Source: an uncultured virus (IMG/VR IMGVR_UViG_3300025900_000203)
Taxonomy: Duplodnaviria > Heunggongvirae > Uroviricota > Caudoviricetes
Virus record (IMG/VR): IMGVR_UViG_3300025900_000203
Length of the DNA: 64,000 nt
Reading direction: 5' to 3' (one strand)
Shown here: in pieces, positions 9,592-18,391 of the stretch
Position numbering within the stretch: the stretch's first letter is position 1
Layout: each line of letters starts with the position of its first letter
Notes under the pieces: generated by a model
Seen by the model: the letters and a program-made list of their open reading frames with translations, nothing else
The model's database searches: none
What the model was told of the DNA's origin: nothing
Translations under genes and position numbers: made by a program

Positions 9592-10206
9592 GTGATCGAT
9601 CCAAACGTCACACCTGGGAGGGATACTTCTCCCGCGATGGACGATGATTTCGATTACGGCTCCGATGCGGATCCGGACAACGAAGCGATCGCCAGGGCCT
9701 TTGCCGAGCTAGATCGTCTAACCCTGCAGGCCGAGCGAATCTCCGCGCAGCGCAAGATCGCGGAGGAGCAGCTCCATCGATTGAAGCAAGCCGAGGACAA
9801 GCTCCTGAACAAGGACATCCCGGAGCTCCTCGGGCAGATGCGTCTCGACGAGTGCATGACATCCTCAGGCATCGAAGTCAAAGTCAAGAAGGACATCCGT
9901 GCTTCGCTGCCTGGGCATGATCGGTACGAAGCACGTCGCGCGGCGCTGAGTTGGCTCGTCGATCATGGGCATGGCGGTGTGATCAAAAACCTTGTCTCGA
10001 TCTCGTTGGATCGTGGCGAAGACGCTTGCGCGAACGATCTCGTGGTTGATCTGCGCGCGCGTGGCTTCGAGGTCGAGACTAAGAAAGACGTGCATGCCGG
10101 CACGCTTGGTGCTCTCGTACGTGAGCTGATTGCGGAAGGGAAGATTGTTCCACGCGACATCTTCAACCTGTTTGATCAACGCGTGGCCAAGCTCACCCGT
10201 AAGTAA
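9592..10206 (+). CDS. Conserved phage replication-module protein (coiled coil)
   Basis: IPELL...A..WL..HGHGG.IK...VHAGTL.ALVRE pattern, typically found upstream of SSB in PolA-type phage modules. Confidence 0.65.
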   Translation: MIDPNVTPGRDTSPAMDDDFDYGSDADPDNEAIARAFAELDRLTLQAERISAQRKIAEEQLHRLKQAEDKLLNKDIPELLGQMRLDECMTSSGIEVKVKKDIRASLPGHDRYEARRAALSWLVDHGHGGVIKNLVSISLDRGEDACANDLVVDLRARGFEVETKKDVHAGTLGALVRELIAEGKIVPRDIFNLFDQRVAKLTRK

Positions 10207-10273
10207 CGAAGGTTCTCAGCACTGCCTCGGCAGCGCTCCGAAACAACAACCAAGAACGAAGGAACGAACGAAC

Positions 10274-11200
10274 ATGGCGCAAGATACACAGACGAAGGAA
10301 GAGAAGAATGGAAAGGGCAAGGCAGCTGCGGCGGCAGCTGCTGCGGCACCGGCAGCGATGACAGCACCGGCACCTACGACGTCGACCGCGATCGAGGTCT
10401 TCGACTACGGTGACGATGCCGGTCAGGGCTTCGAGAACCAGGACATGTCGGATCGGAAGCTTCCGATCATCGAGCTGCTTCAAGCGAACTCGCCCGAGGT
10501 CGTCGAGGGCAAGGGCAAGGTGTGGGCGGGCCAGTTCCGCAACTCCGTGACCGGCGAGATCTACGATGAGGTGCTGGTGGTCCCTGCGATCACCGATCAC
10601 TGCTGGACCGAGTGGATCGGGCGAGACGATGGTGGTGGATTCCGCGGTCGCCATGCCAAGAACGCCAAGATCGTCGGCGATGCGATCGCTCGCAACGATG
10701 GCCGCGCGATCGGCAAGCTCAAGGTGCCGCAATCCAAGGACGACAAGGGCAAGCCGCAACCCGATCACGAGCTGGTCGAGACCTTCGAGATCTACGCGAT
10801 CCTCTACGATGCGAAGACGGGCGAAGTTCTCGGCTTCGGGATGATTCCGTTCACCTCGACGAAGATCAAGGTGTACCGCGCGTGGAACTCGATGGTCGGT
10901 AACTTCGCACCGACGCTCAACGGCAAGAAGCTCGCTCCGGGCCAGGTTCCGATCTTCGCGCATCGCGTGAAGATGACGTCGGAGTCTGAGACCAAGGGCC
11001 AGAACACGTACATGATCCCGGTGCTCAGCCCGGCTGAAGGCGGCGACGATCTCAAGAACTCGCTCCTATCGAAGAGCGATCCCCGCTACGTCGCGGCGAA
11101 GAAGCTACACGACGACGTGCTCGCAGGTCTCGCGAAGGCGTCCTACGAGTCGACGAAACAGGAGCCTGGGGCCAATCCCGAGGCCGACGTTCCGTTCTGA
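10274..11200 (+). CDS. Single-stranded DNA-binding protein-like
   Basis: GFENQD..D..LP.I.LLQANSPEV N-terminus, acidic EADVPF tail, position between helicases and polymerase. Confidence 0.65.
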   Translation: MAQDTQTKEEKNGKGKAAAAAAAAAPAAMTAPAPTTSTAIEVFDYGDDAGQGFENQDMSDRKLPIIELLQANSPEVVEGKGKVWAGQFRNSVTGEIYDEVLVVPAITDHCWTEWIGRDDGGGFRGRHAKNAKIVGDAIARNDGRAIGKLKVPQSKDDKGKPQPDHELVETFEIYAILYDAKTGEVLGFGMIPFTSTKIKVYRAWNSMVGNFAPTLNGKKLAPGQVPIFAHRVKMTSESETKGQNTYMIPVLSPAEGGDDLKNSLLSKSDPRYVAAKKLHDDVLAGLAKASYESTKQEPGANPEADVPF

Positions 11201-11297
11201 TCGCAGGCTGATCTAACCGAGCAAAAAGTTGCCCGGTGTATTGAAGTCACGCATCGTACGTGACAGGTAAGAATCTCGTTTTTTGAGGAACGGACCC

Positions 11298-11510
11298 ATG
11301 AACACGTCCAAGTACGACACCGCACCACGCGAGATCATCAAGCGCGAACAGCGCACCGACGCGTACCGCCAGCTCCAGCAGCGCACGGCTGCGGAGCGGA
11401 CGAAGCTCGAGACCACATTGCGGCAACGCAATGAAGTGATCGACCGTCTCAAGAAGAAGCTCATCGAGGCCGGAGTCCACGTGGACGAGGTCGCGAAGCT
11501 CGCCGCGTAG
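11298..11510 (+). CDS. Small coiled-coil protein
   Basis: RBS GAGGA before ATG 11298. Confidence 0.55.
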   Translation: MNTSKYDTAPREIIKREQRTDAYRQLQQRTAAERTKLETTLRQRNEVIDRLKKKLIEAGVHVDEVAKLAA

Positions 11511-11600
11511 CTCGATCGTTTCAGCGTAGCTGCTGTCTCGATCTTTTGGCTGTGGATCTGCCTGTCGCCAGACAGGACGGCAGGTTCGTTTGGTCTGTCT

Positions 11601-11822
11601 GTGATCACTCACGCTTCGAGGTTTGTTTTGAAGGTTTCTCAGAACTCGGATACGCGTCGTCTCCATCCAGCCGTTTGCGTCGTGTGTCGCTGTTGCGGCG
11701 CGCGTGTCGGTCGTCCGTGTGTGTCGACGGTCCCGCTGTGCGGTTGCGGTGTCGTTGGGACGCCGATCGAGGGTGTGCATGCCGAGCGGATCGCCACCGC
11801 TCTTGAGGAAAGCGTCGCGTGA
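11601..11822 (+). CDS. Small Cys-rich zinc-finger protein
   Basis: C..C.A..G.PC...H..R motif; GTGA overlap. Confidence 0.4.
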   Translation: MITHASRFVLKVSQNSDTRRLHPAVCVVCRCCGARVGRPCVSTVPLCGCGVVGTPIEGVHAERIATALEESVA

Positions 11823-13060
11823 AGGTCCTCACGCCGAAGCAAGCGCGTGCAAAGGATGCGGTTCTTCGGTGGCTTGCCGATCCGAACGGCAAGCAAACGT
11901 TTTACTTCGCCGGCCTCGGGGGCACTGGGAAGAGCACCTGCGTCGAGCAGATCGTCGCCGAGATCCAAGGCCATGTTTGCTTTGCCGCGTTCACCGGCAA
12001 GGCGGCGAGCGTGATGCGCAAGAAGGGTTGTCCGACCGCGACGACGATCCATCGACTCGCCTACAACATGACGGGGGAGGCCGAGACACCAGAGCAGCGG
12101 CAGAAGCTGCTCACGGAGATCCAACGGCTGCGATCGGTGAATGATCCAGGGGCTCAAGCCACCGCGGACAAGATCGTGAAGGAGTTGAAGCGCGCGGAGG
12201 AGGAAGAAGGCCGAAAAGGTCCCCGCTTCGCACTCAACCCGTTGAGCGAGATCCGACATGCGCGGCTTCTTGTCATCGACGAGTGCAGTTTCATCGATAA
12301 GCGCGTGGGTCAGGATCTCGAGTCCTTCGGCACACGGCTGCTCGTGCTCGGGGATCCAGCGCAGCTTCCGCCTGTATACGGGGAAGGCTATTTCACGAGC
12401 CGTGACCCGGACTTTTTCCTCGACGAGATTCTTCGGCAAGAGATGGACAACCCGATCCGGAAGCTCTGCGAGATGGCGCGGAAAGGACAGCGCATCCCAT
12501 TCGGTAAGTACGGTGATAGCGAGGTGTTGCCGCGTGGCGATGCCAGAGTGCAAGATCGCGTGCTGACCGCAGACATCGTGATCGTAGGCCGCAACAAGAC
12601 CCGTCACGCGAGCAACGCGAAGATCCGTCGACTCCTTGGTCGCGGCGATTCTCCAGCTCCCATCGCGGGAGATCGCGTGATCTGTCTAAAGAACGATCAT
12701 GATCGGGGGATGCTCAACGGGACGCAGTGGAAAGTGGATCGTTGTCTACCGGATCTTGACGCTCTCACGGCGAAGATCGAGATCACGAGTGTCGATGAGG
12801 AAGGCCAGCGTGACTCCGTGGAGTGCGAAACCTGGCTTCATCACTTCATGGCACGGGAGGACGAGCTGGCGATTGTGGAGGGTCGACGCAAGCGGGCCGA
12901 GCTTGACTTCGGCAACGTGATCACCGCGCATAAGAGTCAGGGATCGGAATGGCCGAACGTCGTCGTGATCGACGAGTCTTCCGCGTTCCCAGCGAACCCG
13001 GCTAGATGGCGTTACACCGCGTTTTCTCGGGCTTCTAAGCGACTCACGATCGTTCAATGA
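11819..13060 (+). CDS. Dda/RecD-like superfamily 1B helicase
   Basis: GLGGTGKS, AFTGKAA, TIH, VIDECS, LGDPAQLPPV, ITAHKSQGSEW, YTAFSRA. Confidence 0.9.
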   Translation: MKVLTPKQARAKDAVLRWLADPNGKQTFYFAGLGGTGKSTCVEQIVAEIQGHVCFAAFTGKAASVMRKKGCPTATTIHRLAYNMTGEAETPEQRQKLLTEIQRLRSVNDPGAQATADKIVKELKRAEEEEGRKGPRFALNPLSEIRHARLLVIDECSFIDKRVGQDLESFGTRLLVLGDPAQLPPVYGEGYFTSRDPDFFLDEILRQEMDNPIRKLCEMARKGQRIPFGKYGDSEVLPRGDARVQDRVLTADIVIVGRNKTRHASNAKIRRLLGRGDSPAPIAGDRVICLKNDHDRGMLNGTQWKVDRCLPDLDALTAKIEITSVDEEGQRDSVECETWLHHFMAREDELAIVEGRRKRAELDFGNVITAHKSQGSEWPNVVVIDESSAFPANPARWRYTAFSRASKRLTIVQ

Positions 13061-13227
13061 TCCTCCATCCGACAGAACCAACGGAGAAGATTGCGCGCGC
13101 TGCGTGGACCTCGGCGGCAGAGGCGGCCATGATCGCGTTTCACATCCGCGCACTCATGGCACGCGCTGAGTATGCGCGCGAGCGCGAGCTGTTCCGTCCC
13201 TGGATCGATCTTGGAGGCGAGGCGTAG

Positions 13228-15222
13228 ATGGCGCAGACGTGGCTCCAGACACCGCTCTTCGCGCCACCTGCGACGTGGCAAGCGACGCCCGTGTCGAAGC
13301 TGCCCGCGTGGACGGACGCGAAGCGGATCTGTCTCGACGTTGAATGTCGCGATGATGATCTTCACGAGCTGGGACCCGGTGTACGCCGTGACAACGCCTA
13401 TGTCTGTGGCATCGCGTTCGCGATCGAGGACGGCCCGTCGCACTATCTACCGATCCGGCATGAAGGCGGCGGCAACCTTGCTGAAGAGCATGTTTGGAAC
13501 TACATCCGCGATCAGGCTCGCAACTTCCACGGCACGTTCGTCTTTAATTCTGCTCCGTACGATCTGGATTGGCTTTGGGAGAACAAGGTCGAAACCGATC
13601 ATGTGATCTGCCGCGACGTCCAGGTAGCCGAGCCGCTGCTCGATGAGCTCCAGAAGACCTACAACCTCAATCACATCTGCGCGCGCCGAGGTCTTCCAGG
13701 CAAGGATGAGACGGAGTTGCTCGAACATGCGAAAGCGTGGGGAGTCCATCCGAAGAAAGGTCTCTGGCGGTTGCATGCCGCAGCTGTCGGCAAGTACGGA
13801 ATCGGCGACGTTCGCACACCACTTCCGCTCCTTCGAAAGCAAGAGGAGGAAATCGAAGCGCAGAATCTCCGCGAGACGTACGACGTCGAGTCACGTTTGA
13901 CGCCTGCGCTCGTGCGAATGACGCGCCGTGGAATCCGCGTCGACTGTGATGAGCTGGATCGTGTGGAGACTTGGGCGAAAGAGCGGCGAGCAAACTACAT
14001 CGATCAGATCCATCACCTGACAGGCATTCGCATCGGTTCACTCACGAAAGCGGAAGAAGTCGCGAAAGCACTTCGCCAGCGGGGCATCGACGTTCCGACG
14101 AAGGTACACGCAGGCACGGGGAAGGTGATGGCGACCGTCACCAAGCTGTGGCTTCAAGGGCTGACAGATGAAGTCGCGAAAGCGATCGTGTTCGGCCGCG
14201 AGTTCGACAAGCTGCTCGGCACGTACGTCAATGGCGTTCGCAAGCACATGGTGAAGGATCGGATCCATCCGTCCTTCAAGCAACTCGTGGGGGCGAGCGA
14301 CGAGGATGATGGCGACGGAGACGAGGATGCGGAAGGTGCACGCTTTGGCCGTGTCGCGGCAAAGCATCCAAACGTACAGGCTTCGATGAAGCGTTCGAAA
14401 GAGATCCAGAAGCGCTGGCGCAAGGTGCTCGTGCCTGATCGTGGCAAGCGTTGGTTCAAGGTGGATCTCGGACAGCAAGAGCCTCGCATCACGGTCCACT
14501 ACGCGGAAATTTGTCGATTGCCGGGATCGCGGCGCGCGGGGGACGCATTCCGTAATGACCCGTGCTTCGACCCGTATCAGCTCATGGTCGAGCTGTGCAA
14601 GACGCCGGCGGATACGGATCTCAAGCAGCTCCGCGATGACTTGAAGGAGATCTATCTCGGCCGCTGCTACGGCATGGGCGGTGGGAAAATCGCCAAAAAG
14701 CTCAAGTTGCCTACGGTGTGGAAGACGAACGAGAAGACTGGCTACTCGTGGGAAGCAGCCGGTCCTGAAGCCGAAGCGATCATTCGGCGTTTTGATCGCG
14801 GCGTGCCCTATGTGAAAGCTCTCGCCGAGATGTGCAAGGCGAGCGGCCAGGCGAAGAAGTACATCATCGCCCTCGGCAATCGACGCGTGCGCTTCGAGAT
14901 CGATGAGAATGGGAAGATCAAGGACGAGCACAAAGCAATCTCCAAGCTCGTGCAAGGATCAGCGGCCCATCAAACGAAGTCGGCCGCAGTTGCTCTCGAT
15001 GCTGCTGGATTCCCGCTCCAGATCACGGTGCATGACGAGTTCGGCTACTCGGGGGACAGCGAAGAGGAAGCTCGCGAGATGGGGCAGATCACGTGTGATG
15101 TCGTCGTGATCCGCGTTCCATTCCGCGCTGACATTGAAGTCGGCGACAGCTATGGCGATCTGAAGAAGATCTTCACGGTTTCGAGCAAGCACACGACGCT
15201 GTCGCTAGGAGCGGCGGCATGA
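13228..15222 (+). CDS. polA: Family A DNA polymerase with 3'-5' exonuclease domain
   Basis: Exo LDVE, FNSAPYDL; motif A DLGQQEPR, motif B R..LKEIYLGRCYGMG, motif C VHDE. Confidence 0.92.
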   Translation: MAQTWLQTPLFAPPATWQATPVSKLPAWTDAKRICLDVECRDDDLHELGPGVRRDNAYVCGIAFAIEDGPSHYLPIRHEGGGNLAEEHVWNYIRDQARNFHGTFVFNSAPYDLDWLWENKVETDHVICRDVQVAEPLLDELQKTYNLNHICARRGLPGKDETELLEHAKAWGVHPKKGLWRLHAAAVGKYGIGDVRTPLPLLRKQEEEIEAQNLRETYDVESRLTPALVRMTRRGIRVDCDELDRVETWAKERRANYIDQIHHLTGIRIGSLTKAEEVAKALRQRGIDVPTKVHAGTGKVMATVTKLWLQGLTDEVAKAIVFGREFDKLLGTYVNGVRKHMVKDRIHPSFKQLVGASDEDDGDGDEDAEGARFGRVAAKHPNVQASMKRSKEIQKRWRKVLVPDRGKRWFKVDLGQQEPRITVHYAEICRLPGSRRAGDAFRNDPCFDPYQLMVELCKTPADTDLKQLRDDLKEIYLGRCYGMGGGKIAKKLKLPTVWKTNEKTGYSWEAAGPEAEAIIRRFDRGVPYVKALAEMCKASGQAKKYIIALGNRRVRFEIDENGKIKDEHKAISKLVQGSAAHQTKSAAVALDAAGFPLQITVHDEFGYSGDSEEEAREMGQITCDVVVIRVPFRADIEVGDSYGDLKKIFTVSSKHTTLSLGAAA

Positions 15223-15388
15223 CAGCCAAGCACACAACGCTGTCGCTAAGGAGCGGCGGCATGACAGCCAAGCACACAACGCTGTCGCTAGGAGCGGCGG
15301 CATGACAGCCAAGCACACAACGCTGTCGCTAGGAGCGGCGGCATGACAGCCAAGCACACAACGCTGTCGCTAGGAGCGGCGGCATGAC
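15186..15388 (+). repeat. Five tandem copies of a 41-bp unit spanning the polA stop
   Basis: CAAGCACACAACGCTGTCGCTAGGAGCGGCGGCATGACAGC starting at 15186, 15227 (+1 A), 15269, 15310, 15351. Confidence 0.95.
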
Positions 15389-15866
15389 GGCTATTGCAAG
15401 AAACGACCAAACCTTCACGACTGGAGATGCCATGATCAAAGCCCCACAACTTCCCGTCATCTTTCTCCTTCATCCCGTGGGCGTCGGCGCGACACGTGCC
15501 ATGAACGTGCTCTCGACCAAGCTTTGGCTCCGCGCTCTCGTGGAGCTTCTTCCCGACGTCGTGATCTCCGCTCCGTGGCTGCCCTATGCCGAAGCGATGG
15601 TCGATCGCGAGCGTGGCATTCGAGACGCACTCGTTGCCGCGGAGAGCTGCCATGGCGCGGCAGCCGTCGGTGGAGAGTTCTCTCGCGGCATGATGACCGA
15701 ATGGGATCTGTTCAAACATCTCTCACGCCCGCGGATCGATCTGACGCGCCGGCCGCTGCCGGGGATCTTAACGTACGAGACGTTCAGCGAGACTCGCACG
15801 CAGGCGTTTCGAACGTCGGTGACTGAGAAGTTCTCGGTCCTCCAGTCTCAGAAGGCGGCAGCGTAA
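15384..15866 (+). CDS. DUF4406/nucleoside-deoxyribosyltransferase-like protein
   Basis: IFLLHP...APWLPY...GGEFSRGMMTEW pattern; alternative start at 15432. Confidence 0.5.
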   Translation: MTAIARNDQTFTTGDAMIKAPQLPVIFLLHPVGVGATRAMNVLSTKLWLRALVELLPDVVISAPWLPYAEAMVDRERGIRDALVAAESCHGAAAVGGEFSRGMMTEWDLFKHLSRPRIDLTRRPLPGILTYETFSETRTQAFRTSVTEKFSVLQSQKAAA

Positions 15867-16253
15867 ATGGCGAGCACAGCGCAGGATCTTGTCGCGGCGT
15901 ACGTGCAGCGGCTTCGTGAGAGCTCGCTCGATGCAGATGACAGCATCCTGGCGTTGGTGCTGGAGGATCTACATCGTCCCGAGCTTCGTGCGTTGACGTT
16001 GCTCGTAGAGGGTCCTCTCGTCGAAGCGTACGACGCAATGCTGGAGAGCGGCGCGAAGCTCATGTTGGAGCTGATGAATCACGGGATTGATCTCGCGTCG
16101 ATCATCACAGAGACAGCCTTCCCCGATTCGACCACGCGTTGGTATCTCCGGGACGTGCAGCAACTCTGCAGCGGCCAAATCCGTAACGCGGTCACGCTTC
16201 GCACCATGCTGGATGAGCGCTCTCGTCGGATCTCGGAGAGCAAAGCGTCGTGA
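15867..16253 (+). CDS. Hypothetical protein
   Basis: Contiguous ORF in operon. Confidence 0.5.
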   Translation: MASTAQDLVAAYVQRLRESSLDADDSILALVLEDLHRPELRALTLLVEGPLVEAYDAMLESGAKLMLELMNHGIDLASIITETAFPDSTTRWYLRDVQQLCSGQIRNAVTLRTMLDERSRRISESKAS

Positions 16254-16612
16254 CGAAGACGTGGATCGTGCAGTCGATGATGGATCCGCCCATGCCGGAG
16301 AAGATCTGCTGTGACTCGATCTTCGACGCTGCTCGCGCGTGGGCAGAGCGCATGTTCCGTCAAGGACTCCTCGTACGAAGCGAGACGTCCGTGCTCGTTC
16401 GCTGTGCCGACGATCCGCTGGTCAAGCGGCCGACACCAGCGGCATTCAACGATCGGGGTCACGCACATGCCCGAGGCATGGGCATCAAAGGACTCGGCAT
16501 GAGTGCGACGACGTACCAGATGAAGATCAAGCTCGCGAACATGCCGGCGTTCCGTGCGAGCTTGGAAGGTATCGTCTACGAGAAAGTCAGCGAGGAGCCA
16601 CACCGTGGCTAG
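16250..16612 (+). CDS. Hypothetical protein
   Basis: GTGA-coupled ORF. Confidence 0.5.
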   Translation: MTKTWIVQSMMDPPMPEKICCDSIFDAARAWAERMFRQGLLVRSETSVLVRCADDPLVKRPTPAAFNDRGHAHARGMGIKGLGMSATTYQMKIKLANMPAFRASLEGIVYEKVSEEPHRG

Positions 16613-17037
16613 TCGCTCCACGCCTCCACGTTGTACGTGCGGCATGACCTATGACGAGTTCCGTCTCGGCATGTCGTTCGCGGACGTACGCCGCATGCTG
16701 TGGGATCAGGAAGATCGTAACCGCCCAGGATGGTGGCGCCAGAAGCGCCGGAACAGCGTGCTCGGGTTCGCTCGCGAGTTGAAACTGCACGCATGGGACA
16801 TGCTGCACGGCTACTGCACGTCGGAGGTTGCCGCGTGATGCACTATTTGACCGTTCCTGCAGAGCAGCCGGCTTGCGCTCAGAAGTCGTCGATGGAGCTG
16901 ATTACCTCGATGACGCAGACGATCTACGCCATCATTGACTGCCCGGAGTGCTTGGATCGTGCGATCGCTGAAGCCGAGGCACGTCTTGTGGCGCTTCGAG
17001 CGCGGCGCTCAGAGCTGGTCGGCACAGAGGTTGATCC

Positions 17038-17247
17038 GTGGTGACCAAGCAGAAACGAACCTTGAAACCGAAGACCAAGCGCACGTTACGCGCCCTTGAA
17101 GATCGTCGTGTCGTGATTGAAGGCTTCGGCGGCAAGGCGCCAACGTTCGTCGCGATCGTCGGCGGAACGACTCCCCCGACGGGGGCGTGGCTTCAACGTG
17201 GGGAGTTGCAGCGATTCGTCGAGGCAGCCAAAAGGATTCTCAAGTGA
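17038..17247 (+). CDS. Small basic hypothetical protein
   Basis: Overlap-coupled ORF. Confidence 0.45.
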   Translation: MVTKQKRTLKPKTKRTLRALEDRRVVIEGFGGKAPTFVAIVGGTTPPTGAWLQRGELQRFVEAAKRILK

Positions 17248-17431
17248 CCGAGTGTGTCCATTGCTCGCTGCCGATCATCGGCGGCGGACATGAATGCCCC
17301 GCGTGCCGCGAGAGCGTCGCTTCGCAGTCTCGTGATGCTGCGTTCGGACAACGTATGTTGATCCTACTTGTCGGGGTTCAGCTTGTCGGGATGGTGGTAG
17401 GACTCGTCTTGCTTACGTGGAGAGGTTGTTC

Positions 17432-18391
17432 GTGACCACGCTCGCCGAAGTAACAGCTCTCGTCTCTGCCCACGTCAATCAGGACCACGTGCGCTTCCGT
17501 GCGCTCACGCTTTCGATTGCTGCGAACGTAGCGGCACGCTCTGAGCACGGCGCGTCCCAGCTTCGGAAGCTCGTCGAGCGCGTGCAGCCTAGGGCGCTCA
17601 TTCCGCTCGTGGGGGCAGACGGCGTGCTCTCCATGCCGCCGGACACCGCTTCTCTTGACGAGATGGTGGTCTCCAGCGAAGTCAGGCATCGGCTCGATCG
17701 CGCGGTACTCGAGTACAAGCAACGCGACGTGCTCAGCGTTCATGGCTTGTATCCAGCGCGGAAGCTGCTCTTCGTGGGACCTCCAGGGACCGGAAAAACG
17801 ATGGCCGCTCGCTCGCTCGCGAAAGCGCTTGAGTTGCCGCTCATTCGCGTCGAGTTGCATGCCGTGATCGCCTCTCATTTGGGTGAGACCGCTGCCAAGC
17901 TCGCGAAGGTATTCGAGCACGTTCGCATGATGCCCGGCGTGTACCTCTTCGACGAGTTCGACGCGCTTGGTGCCGATCGAAGTGCCAGCGATGGCTCCTC
18001 GGCCGCTGCAGAGATGCGTCGAGCAGTTAACTCGCTCCTTCAGTTCATCGAGGATGATCGTTCGGATAGCTTGATCGTGGCGGCGACCAACCTCGGGCAC
18101 ACGCTCGATACCGCGCTCTTCCGACGCTTTGACGAAGTGATCACGTTCGCGATCCCGTCCCGTAGCGAGTTGGTGTTGCTTCTCCAGCAGATGCTCACGG
18201 ACATCGATCCAGATTCGTTGGATCTTGATGCGATCTACCTGGTGGCGCTGAAAGCAAAGCTCGGGCACGCAGACATCTGCGCAGGACTGTCGCGTGTGTT
18301 GAAAGATCACGTACTGGATGATGTGACGATCGACACCCCACGAATCATTTCCGCGCTGCAGCTCCGCGCTCGTCTTGTAGGTCCATCATGA
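17432..18391 (+). CDS. AAA+ ATPase (IetA-like)
   Basis: GPPGTGKT, LFDEFDA, NSLLQ, VAATN, LDTALFRRFD. Confidence 0.85.
   Translation: MTTLAEVTALVSAHVNQDHVRFRALTLSIAANVAARSEHGASQLRKLVERVQPRALIPLVGADGVLSMPPDTASLDEMVVSSEVRHRLDRAVLEYKQRDVLSVHGLYPARKLLFVGPPGTGKTMAARSLAKALELPLIRVELHAVIASHLGETAAKLAKVFEHVRMMPGVYLFDEFDALGADRSASDGSSAAAEMRRAVNSLLQFIEDDRSDSLIVAATNLGHTLDTALFRRFDEVITFAIPSRSELVLLLQQMLTDIDPDSLDLDAIYLVALKAKLGHADICAGLSRVLKDHVLDDVTIDTPRIISALQLRARLVGPS

Noticed and set aside
15186..15388. 41-bp repeats as a CRISPR array
   Set aside because: Units are contiguous with no unique spacers
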